From positions 1 to 27,529 of the forward strand of contig CAZYCQ010000047.1 in assembly GCA_964645535.1 (NCBI GenBank): a DNA stretch of 27,529 bases, given 5' to 3'. A program made the translations under genes and the position numbers. Source of the stretch: an uncultured archaeon. Its GTDB lineage: Archaea > Asgardarchaeota > Heimdallarchaeia > Heimdallarchaeales > Kariarchaeaceae. Numbering within the stretch: the first letter of the stretch is position 1; each line of letters begins with the position of its first letter. The notes below the pieces were generated by a model. That model was not told where the DNA came from. It did no database searches and saw only the letters and a program-made list of their open reading frames with translations. Below, one piece after another: positions 1-8,363 of this stretch.

Positions 1-2
1 TT

Positions 3-1487
3 TCGTATGCAGATGTCGATTCAGAGAACCTTATGCGACAAGCCTATCTTGCATATAACCTTGCTTCAACCATCAGAAAGAATGACCTGTTCCAAGCGGG
101 GCGAGGTATTCAAAGAGACGTCTCTCTCATGAGACTGTTCGATTCCTATTTGATTGCATACCTGAAATACTCGGAAGATATACTGGGAAAACATGTGGAT
201 GCATCTTTGCCATTGGGAATGCTCGCTGCCGCATTGAAAAAAACCCGTCCTGATAGGGAAATCCAAAATTTAGATGGACTCGGTTCCTTAAACGACTATC
301 AAAAACTAGCTCCTGTGATTTGGAACACCCTTCTTGATTACTCTTTGGCTCAACCCGTCGAGACCAATGACAAACCAGTCATTCCTAACTATTTTGAAAC
401 TTCAACTGTTTTGGTGGGTGATTCAAACAAACTTCTCATTAGTGGATGGAATACTGGCCGTCAGGTTGGAGAGGGAAATGATGCATCCATTCTCAACCCT
501 GCTGTGAGCTTTTTCAGGAAGACCGATGAAAAAATGAAAATGGTTTATCTGAAAGGTCATTTCTTGGATCAACCCGAACCCAATACCTTCATCATGGTAA
601 GGGAACCAACACTTGAAAACCATCCTCTTGTTTTCATGAGAACTCCTGCTGATGATATCAATGTTACTTCCGTTCTTAATCTTCTTTATATCCGTGGATT
701 AGATTCTGAGGGATGGAAATCCGTCACAACCTCTTCTGAAGACATAGTGCCTGAAGCTCCTGAAGAAAAAATTGAAACGATGGAAACGGAACCCCCATCA
801 GCCACCAATCAAGGACTTTTTGGAAGATTGATTGCAAAAGTCAAATCACTGTTTGGGAAAAACGGTACCAATGTGCATTCTCCAAAACCATCTCAGAAAA
901 CCAAGAAAAAAGCAAAGAGACCGAAAAACCTTCTTCCTCCTTTCCTTGCACAGGCGCTAACCATTGATGCCGTTTCTGATATGGCAATGTTTTCCTTTTT
1001 TGATACCATCCGAGAAAGTGAATATACAATACTGGGTGCAATGGAATCCAATTTTGAAAGAAATCAAGCCAATTTCATGGGGTTTTCAGAAGACATTGAC
1101 CCTGAATTGGTTGCCTATATTCTTGATGGATTGGATGAGGTCTTGGAAACCGCCACAAACTATTACTTCAATGGAAACTTTCAACTTGTCCCTGAAGAAA
1201 TTGTTCTCTTCCTGAACGAGGAAGATAAGCTAATCATTACTCTTGCAGGAGACAAAAAACGAATTGTGGGAACCATTGCTCAAACTGTGGTTTCATCAGC
1301 AGCTGCCCGGTATGCCGACAAATCCAACGTGTCACAAAGAAGGACTCTGCATATGAGAACTGGACAACTTCATTCCTCACTTCAACATACTCCCTTTGAT
1401 ACCGCCGTTTCAAGAATCTATGCGGAGGATATCAAGGAAGAACCGAAATTTTTCACACTTGATAAATCCATACTAAATCTTGCCTGA
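3..1487 (+). CDS. Hypothetical protein, probably 5'-truncated by the window edge; possibly two longin/roadblock-like alpha/beta domains
   Basis: The frame of the 33..1487 ORF has no stop back to position 3, so the true start may lie upstream. No family motif recognised. Contains an amphipathic segment GLFGRLIAKVKSLFGK and a Lys-rich linker. Confidence 0.8.
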   Translation, partial: SYADVDSENLMRQAYLAYNLASTIRKNDLFQAGRGIQRDVSLMRLFDSYLIAYLKYSEDILGKHVDASLPLGMLAAALKKTRPDREIQNLDGLGSLNDYQKLAPVIWNTLLDYSLAQPVETNDKPVIPNYFETSTVLVGDSNKLLISGWNTGRQVGEGNDASILNPAVSFFRKTDEKMKMVYLKGHFLDQPEPNTFIMVREPTLENHPLVFMRTPADDINVTSVLNLLYIRGLDSEGWKSVTTSSEDIVPEAPEEKIETMETEPPSATNQGLFGRLIAKVKSLFGKNGTNVHSPKPSQKTKKKAKRPKNLLPPFLAQALTIDAVSDMAMFSFFDTIRESEYTILGAMESNFERNQANFMGFSEDIDPELVAYILDGLDEVLETATNYYFNGNFQLVPEEIVLFLNEEDKLIITLAGDKKRIVGTIAQTVVSSAAARYADKSNVSQRRTLHMRTGQLHSSLQHTPFDTAVSRIYAEDIKEEPKFFTLDKSILNLA

Positions 1488-1556
1488 ATTTTCTCCCTGT
1501 TTCATTTCAATTTTTTATGATTTTTACGAAATCAGCCACATGCAGTATAATTACAA

Positions 1557-1564
1557 TTTTAATA
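1557..1564 (+). promoter_or_regulatory. Putative archaeal TATA box for nuoHJKL
   Basis: TTTTAATA ends 23 nt before the nuoH ATG, which has no clear SD. The same TTTTAATAGG 10-mer lies at the same distance upstream of the ATG at 20072. Confidence 0.5.
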
Positions 1565-1587
1565 GGATGTTTCATACATGACTTGAA

Positions 1588-2691
1588 ATGTCTGACGGTC
1601 CAATTTCATCATTCCTTGAAACGATCGGTGAGTTCCTTGTCAAAGCCGTCTCCGCATTTGTTCCAGAAGATCTGAAATTGGGGATTCCCATAGTTTTGAC
1701 CACACTTGTTCTTGGGTCATACATCATGATCTTGCAGTTATTGGGTCCTTATGTGGAACGGAAGGTGATGGCAAGGCAACAAGGTAGAAAAGGTCCATAC
1801 TATGTCGGTAGGAGAGGTGTTCTGCAAATTCCGGCGGATCTTGGGAAACTTCTGTTCAAAGAGGATACAAGACCTGAGAATGCCGATTGGTTTGGCTTTT
1901 TCATGTCAATCTATCTGATCGGTTTGACTTCGATCATGAGCTTTGCTCCCTTGCCATTCAGCAGAACCCTGATCGGAGGGAACATGTCCATCGGTGTGCT
2001 TTATGTATTTGCCATTTTTTCCATTTTCCCTCCAGCGATGTTTATCGGTGGTTGGGCTTCCAACTCTAAGTATGCCCTGATCGGTGGTTTCAGATCTGCC
2101 GGTCAATTGCTTGCCTATGAAATTCCGATGTTTCTCTCAATCTTGGGTGTGATTGGAATTGTAGGTTCTTTTTCGTTGATTGAGATTACAGAATACCAAA
2201 TCACAAACGGGTGGTTCATGTTCAGCATTTTCGGCCTTATTGCAGCTTGGATCTTCTACATTTCTGGTTTGGCTGAAACGGAAAGGATTCCATTCGACAT
2301 TCCTGAAGCAGAAGCAGAATTGGTCATGGGACCACGAACTGAATTCTCCGGATGGAGATATGCGATCATCATGATGGTTGAATATGTTCACCTGACAGTC
2401 AATAGCCTTTTGTTTGTCTATATCTTCTTTGGAGGCTACGACTTCTGGCCTTTTGGCAGCTGGGACCCCTTCCCAGGTATCGACCTGATGGCATTGAGAA
2501 ATAATGAGATCGTCCAAGCGGCCACTATTACTGTCAAATTTTTCCTGTTTGTTTTCTTTGCCACAACAGTAAGAACTGCTTTCCCGAGAATGAGGATTGA
2601 CCAGCTGCTGAGCTTCGGATGGAAACAACTTCTACCACTAAGCCTTGTGGCCCTGCTCGGAATGCTCTGGACTGGAGGAGTCTTCGCATAG
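1588..2691 (+). CDS. nuoH: NADH-quinone oxidoreductase / complex I-like subunit H (ND1)
   Basis: Motifs ERKVMARQQGRKGP, LQIPADLGKLLFKE, GWASNSKYALIGGFRS, AETERIPFDIPEAEAEL, PRMRIDQL..FGWK; about 8 TM helices. Confidence 0.97.
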   Translation: MSDGPISSFLETIGEFLVKAVSAFVPEDLKLGIPIVLTTLVLGSYIMILQLLGPYVERKVMARQQGRKGPYYVGRRGVLQIPADLGKLLFKEDTRPENADWFGFFMSIYLIGLTSIMSFAPLPFSRTLIGGNMSIGVLYVFAIFSIFPPAMFIGGWASNSKYALIGGFRSAGQLLAYEIPMFLSILGVIGIVGSFSLIEITEYQITNGWFMFSIFGLIAAWIFYISGLAETERIPFDIPEAEAELVMGPRTEFSGWRYAIIMMVEYVHLTVNSLLFVYIFFGGYDFWPFGSWDPFPGIDLMALRNNEIVQAATITVKFFLFVFFATTVRTAFPRMRIDQLLSFGWKQLLPLSLVALLGMLWTGGVFA

Positions 2692-2703
2692 GAGGTTAAA
2701 CGT

Positions 2704-3222
2704 ATGGATTTTTTTGATGTCTTTTTCATAATCAACGCAATTTTTTTGGTGGCTAGCGGTTTAGGAGTTCTTTTTGCAAGAAGGGTTATGCAAAGTGCAC
2801 TGTCACTTATCTTTGCCTTGGTGGCTGTTGCCAATGTCTTTCTTCTTGCCAATTCCGAATATCTTTGGGTCATCCAAGTAAGCGTGTATGGCGGTGGTAT
2901 TGCCGTCCTTCTCCTTTTTGCGGGACGTTTGACCTCTAATGAGGAAGATCACTTCTACTTTGATCGAGGAGACTTCCTCTTATCATTTCTTTTCGCAGGA
3001 ATGGTTCTGGCAAATCTTTTCCTTGTCATTGCTGACGGATTGCCAACGCCAAATGGAAACATCGTCACTACTGATGATGGTCAGACCCTTCTCACCCAAT
3101 TTTTCAACAACCTTTGGCAAACAGATGTTGGATTGGGCATTGTTCTTCCGTTCATTGCCCTGCTCTTCTTGGCTGCGCTTCTAGCATCTGTAAAACTTGC
3201 CATCAAGGAGGAGGCGGAATAA
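2704..3222 (+). CDS. nuoJ: Complex I-like subunit J (ND6)
   Basis: SALSLIFALVAVANVFLL..SEYL..IQVSVYGGGIAVLLLF matches NuoJ TM2-3. SD AGGAGG upstream; position between nuoH and nuoK. Confidence 0.92.
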   Translation: MDFFDVFFIINAIFLVASGLGVLFARRVMQSALSLIFALVAVANVFLLANSEYLWVIQVSVYGGGIAVLLLFAGRLTSNEEDHFYFDRGDFLLSFLFAGMVLANLFLVIADGLPTPNGNIVTTDDGQTLLTQFFNNLWQTDVGLGIVLPFIALLFLAALLASVKLAIKEEAE

Positions 3223-3223
3223 T

Positions 3224-3571
3224 ATGGAATTAAGTTGGTTTGTGGCTTTATCTGCTGTACTGTTTTCAATTGGCCTGTTGGGTGTATTGACACAGAAAAC
3301 GGCCATTCGAATACTGTTTTCCGTTGAATTGATCCTTAACTCTGCAAACATCAATTTCGTAGCATTCAATAGCTATCTCCAAGATACCGCGTCTTCTACC
3401 GGGACCGTCACAAATGAATACATGGGTTGGATTTTTGCGATGGTAGTGATCGCCCTCGCAGCCGCAGAAGCCGCAGTGGGGCTGGCAATCTTTATTTCCT
3501 TGTATAGAAACTTCAAGGAGATTGCCATGGTCAATATCTTTGAATTGGCAGAGGTTCAGGAGGAAGAATAA
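3224..3571 (+). CDS. nuoK: Complex I-like subunit K (ND4L)
   Basis: LFSIGLLGVL, SVELILNSANINF, LAAAEAAVGLAI. Start moved to ATG 3224, one base after the nuoJ stop, with SD AGGAGGAGG. Confidence 0.95.
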   Translation: MELSWFVALSAVLFSIGLLGVLTQKTAIRILFSVELILNSANINFVAFNSYLQDTASSTGTVTNEYMGWIFAMVVIALAAAEAAVGLAIFISLYRNFKEIAMVNIFELAEVQEEE

Positions 3572-3572
3572 A

Positions 3573-5717
3573 ATGGCTGAAGAAACAAAAACATTAGAGA
3601 TTATCAAGGCTTTTACCGGTGATGTGGCTGTTGACAACCTCATCATGATGACATTGGCCGTTATACTTATTCCCATGATCGCAGCAGTAATCCTTCTTGC
3701 AATCAGATTTTTTGAGGTCAAAGGGAAGACAACCGTAAGTCCTTTACGTGCTGCTGCAATTGGCAATACTTCGATCTTGCTGTCGACGATCCTTTCGATT
3801 TACATCCTAAGTATGTACTTTGCAAACTATGTCCATGGAATTCAAACACCTTACATCGAAGGATCATGGGAATTCATTGCAGGAACCAAACTTGAATGGT
3901 CATTTCTGTTGGATCCACTCAGCACAATAATGGCTACCTTGCTCGGCATCATCGCATTGGCAATCCATTTCTATGCTTATGATTATATGAGACATGGTGA
4001 GGAGGAAGTCACTCGTTTCTTTGCTTTCCTCAACTTCTTTACCGGGTCAATGTGGGGCTTCATTTACGCAGGCAATCTTCTCAGCAGCCTCATCTTTTGG
4101 GAATTGCTTGGTGTATCCAGCTATTTCCTGATTGGATATTATTGGCACAAACCTTCCGCTTCTGCTGCTGCAATGAAGGCATTCCTTTACAACAAAGTTG
4201 GTGATGTCGGTTTCCTTGTTGGAATTTTCCTTACCTATGGTAAGACTCACGGTGATTTAAGCTATACCCAAATTGCTGAGCTTGTTCATAAAGGAGAGCT
4301 TTCCGCTGCGACACTTGCTGTTCCCGCACTTTTGATCTTCATTGCCGCAGTGGGTAAATCATCACAATTCCCGCTTTTCGGTTGGTTGCCCGAAGCAATG
4401 GAAGGGCCAACTCCGGTATCCGCTTTACTTCACTCTTCAACCATGGTTAAGGCAGGTCTTCTCCTTCTCATGAGGAATTTCCTCTTGTATTATGAAGTCC
4501 ATGATTTCCATGCTGCTCTACCTGAAGTGAACATCCCCCCTGCCACAATTGTGACTTGGATTGGCGTCCATACTGCACTTATGGGTGCTTTGATGGCCAT
4601 GACCTCTACTGACATCAAAAGAATTTTGGCTTTCTCAACCATTTCCCAGCTCGGTTATATTGCTTCTGCAATTGGTGCAGGTGGCATTTCTCCCGCATTT
4701 TTCCACCTAGTATCACATGCCACTTTCAAATCATTGCTGTTCTTAGGTGCAGGGGCCGTTATTCATAATCTCCATCATGTCCAGGACATCCGTCAGATGG
4801 GTGGCCTTAGAAGACACATGCCAAAAACAGCTATTGCAATGGGTGTCGGCCTTTTGGCATTGGCTGGCTTTCCATTCACCTCCGGTTTTGTTTCAAAGGA
4901 TGCTGTCATTCTTTCCATTGAAAATTCTGCAATCCCTGGACACACATACCTTGCTTGGGTTGGAATTGCAACGGCTTTCATTACCGCTTTCTACTCAACA
5001 AGGATGTTCTATGTGGTTTTCTTGGGTGAGGAACGGTACGACAAGGAAAAAATCGTTCCCCATGCATCAAGTACCATAATGGTCATTCCATTGTGGACTT
5101 TGATGACTCTTATCATCATTGAGTCCATTTGGTTCTCTGTAGGCTTCATTCTTGCTTTGACAGGACAGGAAAGAACTGACCTTCTCAACTTTGAAGGATT
5201 TTTGGGTGACATGTTTGGTGTGCATGCTTCTACTGAAGGGGCATTGACCGGTGCAATTACCTCTGCCGTTGTCGTACTGTTAGGTATGGGGTTTGCTTGG
5301 TACATGTACGCCATCAACCCCAATGCCCGTGAAAGCCTTAGAGCTACCTTAAAACCCGTCGAAGACTTCATCAACAACCGTTTCGGTGTTGACATCGCAA
5401 TTTTCTGGTTCGTCAATCATGTCGCGCTGCCCATCGGCAATGCTTTCAAGGCTTTTGACCAACAGGTCATTGACGGTCTGGTTAACTTCTTCGGAAAAAC
5501 AGCTAGCCTTGCAGTTGCCGATATTAGTGATCAATTTGACCAGAAAGTCATTGACGGTGTTGTCAATGGGTCTGCATATTCAATCCGTTTTGCAGTGAAA
5601 CGCTTGAGAAGACTCCAAGATGGCATTGTTGGTGATTATGCAAAATATATGATCCTATCAGTCGGTGCTCTAATGCTAATATTCAACTTGTTCTTTGGAA
5701 ACTTCATTGTAATGTAA
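3573..5717 (+). CDS. nuoL: Complex I-like antiporter subunit L (ND5)
   Basis: FWELLGVSSYFLIGYY, KAFLYNKVGDVG, GKSSQFPLFGWLPEAMEGPTPVSALLHSSTMVKAG, FHLVSHATFKSLLFLGAG, QDIRQMGGL. Start moved to ATG 3573 (SD AGGAGG), one base after the nuoK stop. Confidence 0.97.
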   Translation: MAEETKTLEIIKAFTGDVAVDNLIMMTLAVILIPMIAAVILLAIRFFEVKGKTTVSPLRAAAIGNTSILLSTILSIYILSMYFANYVHGIQTPYIEGSWEFIAGTKLEWSFLLDPLSTIMATLLGIIALAIHFYAYDYMRHGEEEVTRFFAFLNFFTGSMWGFIYAGNLLSSLIFWELLGVSSYFLIGYYWHKPSASAAAMKAFLYNKVGDVGFLVGIFLTYGKTHGDLSYTQIAELVHKGELSAATLAVPALLIFIAAVGKSSQFPLFGWLPEAMEGPTPVSALLHSSTMVKAGLLLLMRNFLLYYEVHDFHAALPEVNIPPATIVTWIGVHTALMGALMAMTSTDIKRILAFSTISQLGYIASAIGAGGISPAFFHLVSHATFKSLLFLGAGAVIHNLHHVQDIRQMGGLRRHMPKTAIAMGVGLLALAGFPFTSGFVSKDAVILSIENSAIPGHTYLAWVGIATAFITAFYSTRMFYVVFLGEERYDKEKIVPHASSTIMVIPLWTLMTLIIIESIWFSVGFILALTGQERTDLLNFEGFLGDMFGVHASTEGALTGAITSAVVVLLGMGFAWYMYAINPNARESLRATLKPVEDFINNRFGVDIAIFWFVNHVALPIGNAFKAFDQQVIDGLVNFFGKTASLAVADISDQFDQKVIDGVVNGSAYSIRFAVKRLRRLQDGIVGDYAKYMILSVGALMLIFNLFFGNFIVM
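5454..5567 (+). repeat. Internal duplication with an 81-bp period in the NuoL C-terminal helix
   Basis: TTTGACCAACAGGTCATTGACGGTCTGGTTAAC (5454) vs TTTGACCAGAAAGTCATTGACGGTGTTGTCAAT (5535), encoding FDQQVIDGLVN and FDQKVIDGVVN. Confidence 0.8.
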
Positions 5718-5741
5718 TCAACTCAACAGAAGGTAATTTGA

Positions 5742-6536
5742 TCATTTTTTGTTCTTGATTTTTTCTAATTCTTCCTGTAATTTTCTGACTTTTTCTTCAG
5801 CCTTCTTCCTCTCTTCTTCGGCGTTATTCCTTTCCTCTTCAGCTCTCCTTCTCTCCTCTTCAGCTTTTTCCGCCTTTGTCTTCAATGGTTTGCCTGTTTT
5901 TCTGTCTATCAAAATAAGTTGGAAAAGGTCATGTTTTTTTCCTTTCCTCCAATATTTGTCCTTCAATTTTTTGATTCCCAACCTAAAAGGAAGAATATCA
6001 ATATCAATTGTTTTATCAAGGTCAATTGTGTTGTCTTCCTCTGAACAACACCATTCTCTAAGTACTTTCATGCTATATCCTCCTTTGGATTTATATATGA
6101 CCTTTAGAAAATGAGCCTTTACGATTTCAGGTTCCGGAAGGTGATCGTTGAAAACAACATAAACGGGTATTCCCAAACGCTGACAACTCTCTGCATTTAT
6201 TTCTAGATTTTTTGTAGGTTGACTTGGATAGAATATTATGACCATGGTTGGTCTTCTAAAATCATGATCTTCTTCATCATATGATGCGAATTGTTCCTTG
6301 AAATCAAAGCCTTTGAAAAAAGAGATATCAAATTGCAGGTCAACTTTTGTATCTCCCATCTTGAAATAGTGGTGTAAATCCCTGAATGTTCGATCTGATG
6401 GAAAATTTGTACTTAAGACATCATGGAGATAATTAATTTTGAAAGAATGTGGTTCACTCTCTCGCCGTCCTAACCTTGGTGCGGGATGCTCTAGTTCCTC
6501 ACCCAAGGTAGTTTCTTCATGTCTTGAATTCACCAT
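5742..6536 (-). CDS. Uma2-like (PD-(D/E)XK fold) endonuclease with C-terminal coiled coil; central motif frameshifted, possibly inactive
   Basis: ES..H N-terminal motif, LQFDISFF (PD-like), P-T-M-V-I followed by LGIPVYVVF, and the AEEER.. heptad tail typical of this family. ATG at 6536 or TTG at 6563. Confidence 0.75.
   Translation of the reverse strand: MVNSRHEETTLGEELEHPAPRLGRRESEPHSFKINYLHDVLSTNFPSDRTFRDLHHYFKMGDTKVDLQFDISFFKGFDFKEQFASYDEEDHDFRRPTMVIIFYPSQPTKNLEINAESCQRLGIPVYVVFNDHLPEPEIVKAHFLKVIYKSKGGYSMKVLREWCCSEEDNTIDLDKTIDIDILPFRLGIKKLKDKYWRKGKKHDLFQLILIDRKTGKPLKTKAEKAEEERRRAEEERNNAEEERKKAEEKVRKLQEELEKIKNKK
5781..5864 (-). repeat. Four degenerate 21-bp tandem repeats (heptads AEEERRR/AEEERNN/AEEERKK/AEEKVRK)
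   Basis: Visible directly in both the translation and the DNA of the Uma2-like gene. Confidence 0.85.
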
Positions 6537-6765
6537 TGATTTTTCTGTCTCAGATGATGCCAATCAAATAATGTACATTTCTGGAGATATAGGGTTTTTC
6601 GAAACAGGGTCATTTCAACATGAACAACTCCTGTATAGAACAAAAACACACCTTCTTTTGCCAAGTTCTGATTCCGGATTCCAAGATTTCTCATAAGGGT
6701 TGCATCGAATCAGATTGAAATTTTTGAACAATTCCGAAATCTAGAATGGAATCATGTCGTATTCC

Positions 6766-6773
6766 TTAAAATA
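6766..6773 (+). promoter_or_regulatory. Putative TATA box for nuoMN
   Basis: TTAAAATA ends 26 nt before the nuoM ATG, which lacks the GGAGG SD seen before nuoJ, K and L. Confidence 0.4.
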
Positions 6774-6799
6774 CCTAAATGGATTGATGACTTGTTATT

Positions 6800-8344
6800 A
6801 TGACAGCAGGAATTTTGAACTTCATATTGTGGTTCCCCATTGTTATGGCCGTCGTGACATATCTCGTCGGCAAAATGGTTAACGAGGGTTGGTCCAAATG
6901 GTTTGCAGTAGGGACTGTCTCCATTACGACCATTTTGACCTTCTTCCTTTGGATTCAGGATTTCATGGGAGAATCTCTCTCCTATGCTTCCGGTTTCCTT
7001 TACGAAACAAGATTTGACTGGTTTAAGTCAGGAGCTGTTACCATCACCTACCATATTGGTGTTGATGGCCTGTCAATGCCACTTCTTCTTCTGACACAAG
7101 TTGTATTTCTTGTTTCTGCAATTTCAAGTTTCTATATCCATGAACGAGAAGCCCTCTACTATGGGTTATACCTTTTCCTCCTTACAGGACTTGAAGGGAC
7201 ATTCGTTGCGTTGGATCTCTTTCTCTTCTACATCTTTTGGGAGATCGTTTTAGTTCCTATGTTCTTCATCATTGCCATTTGGGGCGGTGTCAACAAATAT
7301 TACGCTTCGATGAAGTTCTTTATCTATACCCATCTTGCATCACTCATCATGCTGATTGGTCTGATCTTGATGTTCCAGAATGGTAACAGAACCTTTAACA
7401 TGGTTGATCTGAGGGCTAATTTGGCTACAAACGTAACTAACGGCTCTGTATCGATGCAGACCATCAACCTTATTTTCTGGTTGGTTTTCATTGGGTTCAT
7501 TGTCAAATTCCCACAAGTTCCTTTCCATACTTGGTTGCCAGATGCTCATGTCCAGGCGCCTTCTCCCGGTTCCTCAATCTTGGCAGGATTGCTCCTGAAA
7601 ATGGGTGGCTATGGATTGATCAGGGTCGGCTTTTGGTTGATTTCTGACACAGGTTACTTTACGAATGATTTTGGAAAGAGCGCACGGGTATTCATGGGTG
7701 CCATGGCTGCAATTTCTATGATCTATCCTGCCTTCATCGCATTAAGGCAGATTGACCTGAAAAAGATGATTGCATATTCCTCAATCTCCCACATGGGTAT
7801 TGTTCTGCTGGGACTTGCTGCTTTCAATACTGAAGGACTTAATGCCGCCATGTTCATGATGGTTGCTCACGGGATAATCTCTCCTGGGTTATTCCTTTTG
7901 GCAGGTATTATTGAGCACAATACTAAGAGCCACACAAGGGATATGGACAAGGTTAGCGGTCTTACCTTCAAGATGCCATATGCGGCTGCACTTTTCGTCT
8001 TCCTTGGTTTCGGTTCTGCTGGACTTCCAGGGCTTGCTGGTTTCGTCGCCGAATTCCTCGGCTTCACTTCCGCATTCAATTCTGATGTATTCACAGGTAC
8101 TAACATTTGGATCCCTGTTGTGGCTGTAATGTCCGTCATTGTCACCGCAGGCTATTATCTCTGGGCTATGAGAAGGGTTCTCTTTAATACTCCAAGCCCG
8201 GAGATTGAAAATGCAACTTTTGCCAAGTGGTGGGAAACTGGTCCTGTCTTTATCTTGGCTATTGTTACCCTCCTATTGGGTGTCGTACCCGCAATCATTC
8301 AGAAGGTCATGGACGAATGGGCAAAGTCCGCCTTCTTCCCATAA
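6800..8344 (+). CDS. nuoM: Complex I-like antiporter subunit M (ND4)
   Basis: GVDGLSMPLLLLT, DLFLFYIFWEIVLVPMFFII, KFPQVPFHTWLPDAHVQAP, LLKMGGYG, DLKKMIAYSSISHMG, GLPGLAGFVAEF. Confidence 0.97.
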   Translation: MTAGILNFILWFPIVMAVVTYLVGKMVNEGWSKWFAVGTVSITTILTFFLWIQDFMGESLSYASGFLYETRFDWFKSGAVTITYHIGVDGLSMPLLLLTQVVFLVSAISSFYIHEREALYYGLYLFLLTGLEGTFVALDLFLFYIFWEIVLVPMFFIIAIWGGVNKYYASMKFFIYTHLASLIMLIGLILMFQNGNRTFNMVDLRANLATNVTNGSVSMQTINLIFWLVFIGFIVKFPQVPFHTWLPDAHVQAPSPGSSILAGLLLKMGGYGLIRVGFWLISDTGYFTNDFGKSARVFMGAMAAISMIYPAFIALRQIDLKKMIAYSSISHMGIVLLGLAAFNTEGLNAAMFMMVAHGIISPGLFLLAGIIEHNTKSHTRDMDKVSGLTFKMPYAAALFVFLGFGSAGLPGLAGFVAEFLGFTSAFNSDVFTGTNIWIPVVAVMSVIVTAGYYLWAMRRVLFNTPSPEIENATFAKWWETGPVFILAIVTLLLGVVPAIIQKVMDEWAKSAFFP

Positions 8345-8363
8345 GTTGAGGAGTTGAAGCTCA

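Noticed and set aside
6439-6696. 85-aa plus-strand ORF between the Uma2-like gene and nuoM
   Set aside because: TTG start, overlaps the Uma2-like gene antisense, and has no recognisable motif.
6668-6714. TCTGATTC...GAATCAGA 8-bp inverted repeat as an element end
   Set aside because: Both arms are on the same side of the Uma2-like gene and there is no counterpart near nuoL.
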